A DNA stretch of 27,787 nucleotides. It comes from an uncultured Eggerthellaceae bacterium (GTDB lineage: Bacteria > Actinomycetota > Coriobacteriia > Coriobacteriales > Eggerthellaceae). The stretch lies in NCBI GenBank assembly GCA_964402005.1, contig CAYOBD010000002.1, forward strand, positions 1 to 27,787. The letters are read 5' to 3'. Every line of letters begins with the position of its first letter. The first letter of the stretch is position 1. A model generated the notes under the pieces. It was not told the origin of the DNA and ran no database searches. It saw only the letters and a list, made by a program, of their open reading frames with translations. The translations under genes were made by a program, and so were the position numbers. This document shows positions 1-9,260 of the stretch, piece after piece.

Positions 1-1
1 G

Positions 2-3000
2 CTTACGTTGTCGGGTGTCGGGCGCGAGGAGAGGCGCCGCCGTGCGAAGGAGGCGCTCGAGCGCGTGGGTCTGGGCGATCACATCAACAAGAAGCCGAGC
101 CAGATGTCGGGCGGCCAGATGCAACGTGTCGCCATCGCCCGCGCTCTGATCAACGATCCCGAGATCCTGCTTGCAGACGAGCCTACGGGTGCGCTCGACT
201 CCAAAACCAGCGTGCAGATCATGGACCTGCTGACCGAGATTGCCGCCGACCGCTTGGTCGTCATGGTCACACACAATCCCGATTTGGCAGAGCAATATGC
301 AACGCGCACCGTCGAGCTCTCGGACGGTTCCATCGTGTCGGACAGCGATCCGTATATCCCGACCGAAGACGAGATCGCCGCCGTCCGCGCAAAGCCGGTC
401 AGGCGCACGCGCATGTCGTTTTTGACGGCGCTTTCGCTGTCCTTTACTAACCTGATGACGAAGAAGGGCCGTACGTTCATGACGGCGTTTGCCGGCTCAA
501 TCGGCATCATCGGCATCGCGGCCATCCTGGCGCTGGCAAATGGCGTGAACGACTATATCAAGACGGTCGAAGAGGAGACGCTTTCGGTGTATCCGCTGCA
601 AATCATGAGCACCGGATTCGATTTCACCTCGCTGATCGTGGCGAACGCAGCAGGTGGAAGCAGCGACTCGGGGGATGCGGCAGGCGGCGAAGGCGCTGAC
701 AGCAGTGGAGAAGTGAAAACCCTGCGCGACGAGATACGGGAAGAGGTGCCGGAAGGCACCATCGGCGAGTCGAAGATTACGAGCCGTATGTTCGCAAGCA
801 TCGGCAGTAACGATCTGAAGGCGCTCAAGGAGTTCTTCGACAGCGGCACGTCCGGCATCGAGCAGTACACGAACTGCATCTACTACGAATACGCCGTGGC
901 TCCGCAGATCTATTCGACGAACACGGAAAACGGCGTGCGCCAGGTGAACCCCGACCAGTCGTTCTCGTCGCTCGGCATCGGTTCGACCGCATCAACGAAC
1001 AGTCTGGTTTCAATGACGATGTCGACAGACCAGTTCTCCGAGATGATGGACAACAATGAGGTCATCGCCGGCCAATATGACCTTGTGGCGGGCAAGTGGC
1101 CCGAGAAGGCCAACGAACTTGTGCTGGTGCTGTCGCAGAGCGGCAAGATCACTGACTTTATGGCATATACGCTTGAATTGCGCGACCCCGAAGAGCTTAA
1201 GGAAATGGTCAAGCAGTTCGCCAACGAAGAGGAAGTAAGCGTTCCCGAAGACAAGCTGGATATAACGTACGACGACGTGCTCGGCAAGACGTTCAAGCTG
1301 GTGCACGCAACCGATTACTACAAATACGACGAGGACCGCAACGTCTGGGTTGATAAGACCGATGACAAGGAATACATGGCGCGTCTGGTTGATGCCGGCG
1401 AGGACCTGACCATTGTGGGTATCCTGAAGCCCAATCCCGACGCGTCTGCTATTGCGCTTACGCCGGGGTTGTATTACACGCCGGCGCTTACGCGCCATAT
1501 CGTGGAGCGTGCAGCTGAGACCGATATCGTGAAAGGCCAGCTCGCGGATTCGAAGGTCGACGTGTTTACGGGCAAGACGTTCGAGGAGGAGGCCGAAAGC
1601 GACGGAAGTGATTTCGACATGCAGTCGATTTTCACGATTGACGAGACGGCGCTTGCTTCGGCGTTTTCGGTCGACGAGAGCGCACTGACGGCGGGTATTT
1701 CGGGCCTTGAGCTGGATGCGTCATCGCTGGGGATAGATGCATCTTCGTTCGGGAACATGGATATGTCGGGTATGGACATGTCGAACATGGACATGTCGGC
1801 GCTTGAAGGACTCGATCCGAGTACATTGTTTAATCCAAGCGCTCTTGCCAATATCAAGTTACCAGAAAACCTCATGGAGGACGCAGTTGATGCGCAGGCA
1901 CTCGGGACATCGCTCGCCGAAATAATGAATCCGGATAATATCACCGGCTGGGCTCAGGCGCATCCCGAGCAGGCGGCTGCTACTGGCATAAATCCGGCGA
2001 CGAACCCGTTTGGGTGGTTTACAGCGATTAGCGGCTTGTATATGGCTGATCCAGATACGCAGGCCAAGATGGGTGCAGCTATCAGCGGCGCCCTAGATAC
2101 GAAAAAGCTGAGCGCAGCCATCAGCGAATCGATTCAGACGCAGATTGCAGACGTAATTACACAGCAGATGCAGCAGGAGGTCATACCGGCGCTGGTTAAG
2201 GCCTTGCAAGCTAAGATTGCCAGCCAGATTCAGCCGGCCGTGGAGAAGATGGTCACCGAAATGATGGCCAAGTCCATGGAGGCCATGGGCGCGAAGATCA
2301 GCTCTGAGATGCAGAAGTCCATGCAGCAGCTGGCAACGAACATGGCGGGCGCCATGAACATCGACGCGAATGCTTTCATGAACGCGTTCCAGTTCAACCT
2401 GACCGAAGAAGAACTCTCCGAACTCATGATGTCGATGATCGCCAGCGAGACGGCGTCCTACGACAACAATCTGAAGAAGCTCGGTTATGCCGACTTCAAT
2501 AAACCCTCCGAGGTGAGCATCTATCCGATCGACTTCGAGAGCAAAGAGCATATCATCGAAATCCTGGATGGCTATAACGAGCAGATGCGCGCCATCGATG
2601 AAGATAAGGTCATCTCGTACACCGACATCGTCGGCACGTTGATGGAGTCGGTGACCACCATCGTGAACATGATTTCGACCGTGCTGATCGCCTTCGTGGC
2701 AATCTCGCTGATCGTGTCATCCATCATGATCGGCGTGATTACCTACATCAGCGTGCTCGAGCGCCGCAAGGAAATCGGCATCCTGCGCTCCATCGGCGCT
2801 TCGAAGGGCAACATCAGCAGCGTGTTCAACGCCGAGACCGTCATCGAGGGGCTGATCGCTGGCATCCTGGGCGTCGGCATAACGGCGCTCGGCTGCATAC
2901 CCGCGAATGCGATTGTGTACAGCATCTTCGATGTACCGAATGTGGCGCAGCTCCCGCTGGATGCTGCAGCTGTGCTGGTCGTCATCAGCGTGGTGCTCAC

Positions 3001-3073
3001 GTTCATCGCTGGCCTGATCCCGTCTCGCTCTGCAAGCCGCAAGGATCCAGTCGAGGCTTTGCGCAGCGAGTAG
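2..3073 (+). CDS. MacB-like ABC transporter, fused ATP-binding and FtsX-type permease domains (5'-truncated by the window edge)
   Basis: The frame is open from base 2, so the TTG at 8 is not the real start. It has the ABC signature ([15 protein letters not shown]), Walker B/D-loop ([12 protein letters not shown]) and H-switch (VMVTHN). One TM segment ([21 protein letters not shown]) precedes a very large extracytoplasmic region and three C-terminal TMs with the FtsX motif [18 protein letters not shown]. Confidence 0.92.
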   Translation, partial: LTLSGVGREERRRRAKEALERVGLGDHINKKPSQMSGGQMQRVAIARALINDPEILLADEPTGALDSKTSVQIMDLLTEIAADRLVVMVTHNPDLAEQYATRTVELSDGSIVSDSDPYIPTEDEIAAVRAKPVRRTRMSFLTALSLSFTNLMTKKGRTFMTAFAGSIGIIGIAAILALANGVNDYIKTVEEETLSVYPLQIMSTGFDFTSLIVANAAGGSSDSGDAAGGEGADSSGEVKTLRDEIREEVPEGTIGESKITSRMFASIGSNDLKALKEFFDSGTSGIEQYTNCIYYEYAVAPQIYSTNTENGVRQVNPDQSFSSLGIGSTASTNSLVSMTMSTDQFSEMMDNNEVIAGQYDLVAGKWPEKANELVLVLSQSGKITDFMAYTLELRDPEELKEMVKQFANEEEVSVPEDKLDITYDDVLGKTFKLVHATDYYKYDEDRNVWVDKTDDKEYMARLVDAGEDLTIVGILKPNPDASAIALTPGLYYTPALTRHIVERAAETDIVKGQLADSKVDVFTGKTFEEEAESDGSDFDMQSIFTIDETALASAFSVDESALTAGISGLELDASSLGIDASSFGNMDMSGMDMSNMDMSALEGLDPSTLFNPSALANIKLPENLMEDAVDAQALGTSLAEIMNPDNITGWAQAHPEQAAATGINPATNPFGWFTAISGLYMADPDTQAKMGAAISGALDTKKLSAAISESIQTQIADVITQQMQQEVIPALVKALQAKIASQIQPAVEKMVTEMMAKSMEAMGAKISSEMQKSMQQLATNMAGAMNIDANAFMNAFQFNLTEEELSELMMSMIASETASYDNNLKKLGYADFNKPSEVSIYPIDFESKEHIIEILDGYNEQMRAIDEDKVISYTDIVGTLMESVTTIVNMISTVLIAFVAISLIVSSIMIGVITYISVLERRKEIGILRSIGASKGNISSVFNAETVIEGLIAGILGVGITALGCIPANAIVYSIFDVPNVAQLPLDAAAVLVVISVVLTFIAGLIPSRSASRKDPVEALRSE
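1754..1798 (+). repeat. 3 x 15-bp coding tandem repeat ([15 protein letters not shown])
   Basis: aacatggatatgtcg / ggtatggacatgtcg / aacatggacatgtcg, read directly. Confidence 0.9.
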
Positions 3074-3105
3074 TGAATCATTGGGGAGTCTCCCCAATGA
3101 TTCAC
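3073..3105. terminator. Perfect palindrome (16-bp arms, central T); probable bidirectional terminator between convergent genes
   Basis: gtgaatcattggggag-t-ctccccaatgattcac. It starts on the last base of the transporter TAG and ends 24 bp from the aminotransferase stop. There is no strong U-tract. Confidence 0.7.
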
Positions 3106-3129
3106 CTTCGATCTCCTCGAGGCGCCCTG

Positions 3130-4311
3130 CTATTCCGCGTAATCCTCTTTCAGCGCCTTCCAGGCTTTCATGCTGCCTTCGATCACTTCGGGCGCGACGC
3201 AGTAGCTGCAGCGTACCCAGCCGCCGCAGCCGAAGCTGTCTGATGCGACGATCAGCAGATCATGCGCCTTTGCGCGGTCGCTAAACGCCTGTGCGTCTTC
3301 CTCGAGCGCGCGCACCCACAGATAGAATGCCCCATCCGGCTCGATGTATTCGTAGCCGAGCTCGTCAAGTCCCTCAGTCAGCATCTTGCGGTTGCGGGCA
3401 TAGGCTTCCACGTCAGCGGGTTCTTCTTGGCATACCTGAATTACGCGCTGGAACAGTACCGGGGCGCACACGTTGCCCAGCGCGCGGCCGGCACCCGCAA
3501 CGGCCGCTGACGTTTCGGCCGCATCCGGCATGTTGTCGGACACATAGACATAGCCGATGCGCTCGCCCGGCAGCGAGAGGCTTTTCGCCCACGAATAGCA
3601 GACCACGGTATCGCGGTAGTAGTTGGGGACGAATGGCACCTCGGCGCCGTAGGTGATCTCGCGATACGGCTCGTCGCTGATCAGGTAGATCGTATGCCCG
3701 AATTCCTCTTCCTTGGCGGTCATCAGCTCGCCGAGTGCGCGGATGGTCTCTTCGGTGTAGACGCAGCCTACCGGGTTGTTCGGCGAATTGACGACGACGG
3801 CGGCGGTCTGCGGCACGATGGCGCGGTCGAGCGCTTCGATGTCCAGTTGGAAGTTGTCGGGGCGCATGGGCGCGCGCACGCATTCGGCACCTGCCGTCTC
3901 GATGAGTACCTTGTACTCGGGGAAATGCGGTGCATTCACGATAACCTGCTCGCCCGGCTGCGTGAGCGCAGAGAACACGATGGCGAGCGCCGAGGTGGCA
4001 CCCGTCGTCATGTACACGTTGGCGGCGGTGGCGGCGATGCCGAAGCGCCGATGCAGGTTGTCGGCGACCGCCTGGCGCACTTCCATCAGCCCGGCTGCCA
4101 TCGAGTACCCGTGCAGTTCGGCTGCCGGCATATCCAGCAGCTCGGCGATGCGGCTACGTACTGTCTCGGGTGCAGGAACCGACGGGTTGCCGATGCTCAG
4201 GTCATATACGTTCTCATCGCCTACCTCGGCTTTGCGTTGCAGTCCGTACGCATACAGTTGACGGATAGCGCTCGGCTCTTTACCTAGCCCCAACATCCTT
4301 CGGTTTATCAT
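3130..4311 (-). CDS. PLP-dependent aminotransferase class I/II (aspartate aminotransferase-like), 393 aa
   Basis: Motifs DLSIGNP, VNSPNNPVG, SDEPYREI, PLP-lysine segment YSWAKSLSLPGERIGY and WVRCSY. RBS GAAAGGA lies upstream of the ATG. Confidence 0.92.
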   Translation of the reverse strand: MINRRMLGLGKEPSAIRQLYAYGLQRKAEVGDENVYDLSIGNPSVPAPETVRSRIAELLDMPAAELHGYSMAAGLMEVRQAVADNLHRRFGIAATAANVYMTTGATSALAIVFSALTQPGEQVIVNAPHFPEYKVLIETAGAECVRAPMRPDNFQLDIEALDRAIVPQTAAVVVNSPNNPVGCVYTEETIRALGELMTAKEEEFGHTIYLISDEPYREITYGAEVPFVPNYYRDTVVCYSWAKSLSLPGERIGYVYVSDNMPDAAETSAAVAGAGRALGNVCAPVLFQRVIQVCQEEPADVEAYARNRKMLTEGLDELGYEYIEPDGAFYLWVRALEEDAQAFSDRAKAHDLLIVASDSFGCGGWVRCSYCVAPEVIEGSMKAWKALKEDYAE

Positions 4312-4340
4312 GGTTTTCCTTTCGTTTCATTTCTTTGAAA

Positions 4341-4374
4341 ATGCGGCCAAAAGGGATGCCCCCTTTTGGCCGCA
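4341..4374 (-). terminator. Probable intrinsic terminator after the usp gene
   Basis: atgcggccaaaaggg-atgc-cccttttggccgcat: 15-bp perfect arms, 4-nt loop, followed by TTTC on the minus strand, 30 bp after the usp stop. Confidence 0.75.
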
Positions 4375-4404
4375 TAGGTGCTCAAACGACTCTTGGAAAG
4401 GCGT

Positions 4405-4857
4405 CTACGCCTTATCACCTTCGGGCTTCACGACCAGCACATCGCAAGACATGTTGCGGATCAGGAACGTGGACACGCTGCCTACGAACGCGTACTTGAT
4501 GTTGGAAAGCCCGCGGGCGCCGCAGATGACCAGGTCGGGGTCGAATGGGCCGATCAGGTTCTCGGCCAGCGTATCTTGGATGCGGCCGGCGCGCACGAGC
4601 ACTTCAACCGACTTGATTTTCTCGTCGGCGCGCGCTTGCGCGAGCAAATCGCTGATTGACTCTTCGATGCGACGGGCGCCGTCCTCGCACAGCGCCGCGA
4701 AATCGATGCCGTTCGCTTCGTAGGGTACCGAATCGATTACGTGGCCGAACAGCAATTCTGCCTCGTTGTCGTGGGCAAGTGCAATCGCGCGCCGTGCAAC
4801 GGCTTCTTGACCGGCGCTGCCGTCGAGCGAAGCGAAGATTTTCCCGTACTTGAACAT
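4405..4857 (-). CDS. Universal stress protein (UspA family), 150 aa
   Basis: KIFASLDGS at the N-terminus, DLVICGARG and FVGSVSTFLIRNMSCDVLVVK. The start is moved to the ATG at 4857 because GAGGAAAGG lies 8 nt upstream of it. Confidence 0.92.
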   Translation of the reverse strand: MFKYGKIFASLDGSAGQEAVARRAIALAHDNEAELLFGHVIDSVPYEANGIDFAALCEDGARRIEESISDLLAQARADEKIKSVEVLVRAGRIQDTLAENLIGPFDPDLVICGARGLSNIKYAFVGSVSTFLIRNMSCDVLVVKPEGDKA

Positions 4858-4900
4858 AGAACCCACCTTTCCTCGGATTCGATGGCGCTATTGTACCGCA

Positions 4901-6115
4901 TCAACGCCAGGGGTCGGGCTCGAAGAACGGCTCAGGGTCGGCTGGGCGGTCCGAATACGGATCGTAACCGTCGTCATCTTCGTTCTCGGCGCGCAGAAAC
5001 GCGCTGCGTGACCAGGCGTTGCTGCCGGCGGTTCCTGTGGGTGCGTTCGAAGTCGGGTTTTTGTTGACCGCACTGCCGATGTCTGCAAGGCGCCCCAGCG
5101 GCATGCCCGCGCGCGCTACGGCGCCCTGCGCATCCAGGTGCTCAACGGTTTCGCCGCTTTCCTCGAGGGCGCGTAGGCCTTCGGCAATCGCCTGCGCGCT
5201 GCCTACCTGCGTCACATCGTAGGGCGTCGTCTGGTACACGTAGTAATTCAGCCAGTTCGTGTACAGCAGCTGCGCGTGGGCCCGCCATGTTGCCAGCGGG
5301 GTCTGCGTCGGATCGTCGTTGGGGTAGTAATGCGCAGGCACGTCCGGGTCGATTCCGCGTCCCAGATCGCGCTCGTATTCGCTTGCGAGGGTTGCGCGGT
5401 CGTACTCGGGGTGGCCGAACACGAAGAAATTCTGGCTATCTGTGCTTTTCGCAAGAAATACGCCCGCCTCATCGGATACGGCGATGAGCTCCAAATCGGG
5501 ATTTGCCTCGATGTCGGCAGCGCGCACCTCGGTGTAGCGTGAATGGGGCGCGGCGAACACGTCATCGAACCCACGCACGATCGGCGATGTCAGCTTCACC
5601 TGGTGATGCATGAATACCCCCGACATCTTTGCGGGCAGCTCGTATTTGGGAATGCCGTAATGGAAGTAGATGCCCGCCTGTGCGCCCCAGCAGATGTGCA
5701 GTGTGGAATGCACGTGCGTGCGCGTCCAGCGCATGATTTCGCACAGCTCCGGCCAATAGTCCACGTCCTCGAAATCCAGATGCTCCACAGGTGCGCCCGT
5801 GATGATCATGCCGTCGAAATGCTCTTGCCTGATCTGCTCGAACGTACGGTAGAACGACTCCAGATGGTCGGTTGACGTGTTTTTAGAATCGTGGGTCGAC
5901 ATGTGCAGCAGCGTTATCTCCACTTGGAGCGGCGTGTTGGATAGCTTCCTCATGATTTGCGTCTCAGTGGCGATTTTCGTGGGCATCAGGTTCAGCAGCA
6001 CCACGCGCATCGGACGGATGTCCTGGTGCATGGCGCGATACTCGGTCATGACGAATATGTTCTCGCCCTCGAGCGTCTCGCGTGCGGGTAGTGCGTCGGG
6101 TATGCGAATGGGCAT
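4901..6115 (-). CDS. metA: Homoserine O-acyltransferase MetA family, probably acetyl-CoA specific, with a 104-aa C-terminal extension (404 aa)
   Basis: MPIRIPDALPA start with RBS GAAGGAG 7 nt upstream of the ATG at 6115. Motifs LNLMPTK, DGMIITGAPVE, catalytic ICWGAQA, PHSRY, GHPEYD and NWLNYYVYQ. Confidence 0.95.
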   Translation of the reverse strand: MPIRIPDALPARETLEGENIFVMTEYRAMHQDIRPMRVVLLNLMPTKIATETQIMRKLSNTPLQVEITLLHMSTHDSKNTSTDHLESFYRTFEQIRQEHFDGMIITGAPVEHLDFEDVDYWPELCEIMRWTRTHVHSTLHICWGAQAGIYFHYGIPKYELPAKMSGVFMHHQVKLTSPIVRGFDDVFAAPHSRYTEVRAADIEANPDLELIAVSDEAGVFLAKSTDSQNFFVFGHPEYDRATLASEYERDLGRGIDPDVPAHYYPNDDPTQTPLATWRAHAQLLYTNWLNYYVYQTTPYDVTQVGSAQAIAEGLRALEESGETVEHLDAQGAVARAGMPLGRLADIGSAVNKNPTSNAPTGTAGSNAWSRSAFLRAENEDDDGYDPYSDRPADPEPFFEPDPWR

Positions 6116-6279
6116 TTCGATCTCCTTCGATAGGCAGTGCCGTCCATGATAGCGGAATCTCGATTCAATTATCTTGTGGGTTGTCGAGCTGATTGTCGAT
6201 TCCAGGTTATCGAATTCGGTGATGGCGGATGGGTTTTTTATTCTGGGTATGCGAAAACTCATTTGATTAACTGGGAGCG

Positions 6280-6310
6280 CGGTTTGCATGAAGTATCATG
6301 ATGCAAACCG
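6280..6310. promoter_or_regulatory. Inverted repeat (10-bp arms, 11-nt spacer) in the divergent metA / rsbU-like intergenic region; possible operator
   Basis: cggtttgcat-gaagtatcatg-atgcaaaccg, in an AT-richer region between divergent starts. Confidence 0.4.
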
Positions 6311-6374
6311 TAAATCAGCCCCGTATCGCAATGCGGAAGCCGATTGAAGCTGCAAAGAAAGGTGCACTGCATCC

Positions 6375-8861
6375 ATGGACGTCACCACGATTGCGCAATT
6401 CGCGTTCGCAACGCTACTGCCAGTAGCGGCATGCGTGGTGCTTTCAGCGCTGCGGCAGCGTACGGGTTTGAGTCGGATGCGTTGGATGGGCTGGCAGACG
6501 CTTGTGGGCATCGTCTTCGGCGCCATCGCGATCTACGGAACTGAGGCAGGCATCCCGTTAGAGGGTGCCATGATGAACGTGCGCGATGCGGCCCCGCTTG
6601 TGGCGGGCTTGTTCTTCGGCGGACCGGCGGGCATTATTGCGGGCATCATCGGCGGTGTGGAGCGCTGGCTCGCGGTGATGTGGGGCGTTGGTGCGTTCAC
6701 GCAGGTGGCATGCAGTTTGGGCACGATATTCGCAGGCTTGTACGCGGCGATGTTGCGCAAGCATCTGTTCGACGGGCGCATGCCATCGTGGCCGATGGCC
6801 CTGGCAACGGGCGTGGTCGCCGAAGTAATGCATCTCCTGCTCGTATTTGTAACCAATCTCGACCAGGTTCCGCGGGCGTTCGGGGTTGTTCAGCTGTGCG
6901 CATTGCCTATGATCAGCTGCGTAGCCATTTCAACATGCCTTTCCGCTGTGGCGCTCGCTTTGCTGAACAAGCAGCCCATACTGGTACCGCGCGAGCAGCG
7001 GGGTGTCGCGCAGATTATGCAGGGACGCCTGCTCATCGGCGTCGTTGCGGCATTTTTGATTACGATTGGCTTTACGGCGATATTGCAGGCGAATCTATCG
7101 CGTTCCGACACCGAATCGTTGTTGAAATTGAATATCTCCGATGTGGAGAACGATATCGTCGACGCATCGGATGCCAACTTGCTTGCGCTTACAAGACTGG
7201 CAGCGCAAGATTTGCGCAAGGCATACAATGCGACCGATGAAAAATGCGTGCAGGTAGCCGAAGAGCTCGACGTCGCAGAGATAAATGTCGTTGACCGCAA
7301 TGGCATCATCGTCGCCAGCACGCAGCCTGAATTCGTCGGGTTCGACATGGCATCAGGCGAACAGTCGGCGGCTTTTCTTGAGCTACTGCCTCGCAGTGGG
7401 CCGATGCAGCTTGTGCAAAGCTACCAACCCATATCGTACGACGAGAACATGTGGCGCAAATATGCCGGGAAAAAGATTATCGGCGGATTCGTCCAGGTAG
7501 GTTACGATGCGCAGAATTTCGTCGGCGATCTGTTCTCCCAGATCAATACTTCGGTGAAGAACCGCCACGTTGGGCAGACGGGGGAGCTCATCGTAATCGA
7601 TGAAGAGGGTTCAGTTATCGGCACTCGTGACGGCATCGAAGATCAGGAAGCCGACCACCTTATCGCCGACGCTTCCGTCTTCGCGCCGAATACGCTGTTC
7701 GCTACGACTTTCGCTGGCAAGGATTACTATGCCGAATACGATGTCGTGGAGGGTTATCGCGTCATTGCGCTGCTCCCGAAGGCCGAAGCCGAGTTCTCGA
7801 GCAACGTGTCGGTGCTCATCATGTCGTTTATGGAAGTAATCGTCTTCGCGGCGCTGTTCTTGATCATCTACTTCACTATCAAACGTATCGTCGTGCGCAG
7901 CATCTGGCAGGTCAATGGCCGACTGGGCCAAATCACGGACGGCGATCTGAGTGTCGAAGTCGATGTCCGTGCGAGCTCCGAATTCGCATCGCTTTCCGAC
8001 GACATCAACAAAACGGTTGGGGCGCTTAAGGATTCGATTGCGCTTGTGCAGGCGGACCTCGATATGGCGGCCGACATCCAGGCGAATACGTTGCCGGATA
8101 TCACGCAGAGCATCAAAGAGCGCAGGGAGTTCGAGCTGTTCGCCAGCATGGAACCTGCCAAAGAAGTGGGTGGGGACTTCTACGACTTCTTCATGATCGA
8201 CGAGCATCGCATCGGGCTTGTTGTAGCCGACGTGTCAGGCAAGGGTGTGCCTGCGGCGTTGTTTATGATGCAATCGAAGACCGTCATCAAAATGGAGGCG
8301 CTCTCGGGTTTGTCCCCCGATCGCGTGATGCTTCGAGCCAATGCGGACCTGTCGGAGAAAAACGACGATGACATGTTCACAACCGCCTGGATGGGGGTGC
8401 TGGAGATTCCCACCGGAACGCTTGTATACGCCGATGCGGGACATGAGAAACTCGCCCTGTACCGCAACGGTACATGGGAGCTGCCGCCCAAGCCGAACGG
8501 TGCTGTTGCCCTTGCATCATTCCCGCCGGAGGACTATGAGGAGCTGCCGGATAGATACCGCTTCCGCACCCATACGATAACGCTTCATCCAGGTGATGCT
8601 CTGTTCCAATATACCGATGGTGTAACTGAAGCGACCAATGCGGAAAACGAGCTATTCGGCGAGGAGCGACTTCTGAAGGCTCTGAACGATGCGCCGAGCG
8701 TGCATCCGGAGACGCTGCTGCCCTTCGTGCGTAAGCAGATCGCCGAGTTCGTGCAAGATGCACCGCAGTTCGACGACATCACCATGCTCGGCTTGGTGTA
8801 TCAGGGCGTGGAGGCCAATTGGGGTGATGGCGAAGACGACGATACCGTATTAAGATATTAG
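6375..8861 (+). CDS. Membrane sensor PP2C phosphatase (RsbU/SpoIIE family): LytS/YhcK-type 5TM domain, Cache-like extracellular region, HAMP and PP2C; 828 aa
   Basis: 5TM-LYT-like NVRDAAPLVAGLFFGGPAGIIAGIIGGVERW. HAMP-like region (IWQVNGRLGQITDGDL...EFASLSDDIN). PP2C motifs EVGGDFYD, VADVSGKGVPAALFM, AGHE, YTDGVTEA, FGEERL and FDDITML. Confidence 0.9.
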   Translation: MDVTTIAQFAFATLLPVAACVVLSALRQRTGLSRMRWMGWQTLVGIVFGAIAIYGTEAGIPLEGAMMNVRDAAPLVAGLFFGGPAGIIAGIIGGVERWLAVMWGVGAFTQVACSLGTIFAGLYAAMLRKHLFDGRMPSWPMALATGVVAEVMHLLLVFVTNLDQVPRAFGVVQLCALPMISCVAISTCLSAVALALLNKQPILVPREQRGVAQIMQGRLLIGVVAAFLITIGFTAILQANLSRSDTESLLKLNISDVENDIVDASDANLLALTRLAAQDLRKAYNATDEKCVQVAEELDVAEINVVDRNGIIVASTQPEFVGFDMASGEQSAAFLELLPRSGPMQLVQSYQPISYDENMWRKYAGKKIIGGFVQVGYDAQNFVGDLFSQINTSVKNRHVGQTGELIVIDEEGSVIGTRDGIEDQEADHLIADASVFAPNTLFATTFAGKDYYAEYDVVEGYRVIALLPKAEAEFSSNVSVLIMSFMEVIVFAALFLIIYFTIKRIVVRSIWQVNGRLGQITDGDLSVEVDVRASSEFASLSDDINKTVGALKDSIALVQADLDMAADIQANTLPDITQSIKERREFELFASMEPAKEVGGDFYDFFMIDEHRIGLVVADVSGKGVPAALFMMQSKTVIKMEALSGLSPDRVMLRANADLSEKNDDDMFTTAWMGVLEIPTGTLVYADAGHEKLALYRNGTWELPPKPNGAVALASFPPEDYEELPDRYRFRTHTITLHPGDALFQYTDGVTEATNAENELFGEERLLKALNDAPSVHPETLLPFVRKQIAEFVQDAPQFDDITMLGLVYQGVEANWGDGEDDDTVLRY

Positions 8862-8921
8862 CAATCCGAAGGGGGACAGGGCGTCGATGCCTGTTCTGTT
8901 TGCAACGGCGAAGGAGGCAGT

Positions 8922-9236
8922 ATGGATGGGGGCGCGCTATCAATCACCAGCTTCGTGGACGGAGACGTCAACGAGGTGAAACTCGTGGGACGGCTCGATG
9001 TGAAGGCCGCAAAGGAGGCCGATGCCGCATTCGTGCAGGCTGTATCCGAGGCGAAGAACATCGTGCTTGATATGACCGAGCTCGATTACATCGCCAGTGC
9101 TGGCCTGCGCACGTTGAAGCGGCTTCGCACCGCCGTGCGTGGAAATGGAGGCACGCTGACGCTTCGCGGCGTTAAGGAAGAGGTCATGGAGGTTTTCGAA
9201 ATGACCGGTTTCGCGGCGATGCTCACATTCGAATAA
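8922..9236 (+). CDS. STAS-domain anti-sigma factor antagonist (RsbV/SpoIIAA-like), 104 aa
   Basis: LVGRLD, IVLDMTELDYIASAGLR (phosphoacceptor Ser at the D-S-x-G position) and VMEVFEMTGF. RBS AAGGAGG. Confidence 0.92.
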   Translation: MDGGALSITSFVDGDVNEVKLVGRLDVKAAKEADAAFVQAVSEAKNIVLDMTELDYIASAGLRTLKRLRTAVRGNGGTLTLRGVKEEVMEVFEMTGFAAMLTFE

Positions 9237-9260
9237 CCGCGCAAGAAAGGAGCACGGCTC

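Noticed and set aside
6116-6289. N-terminal extension of metA in the track, and a possible SAM riboswitch
   Set aside because: A good RBS and the conserved MPIRIP start place the ATG at 6115. No SAM-I or SAM-IV core was recognisable by eye; an Rfam scan would settle it.
8874-8896. Weak hairpin between the rsbU-like and rsbV-like genes
   Set aside because: Short, with G-U pairs and a bulge; too weak to call a terminator.
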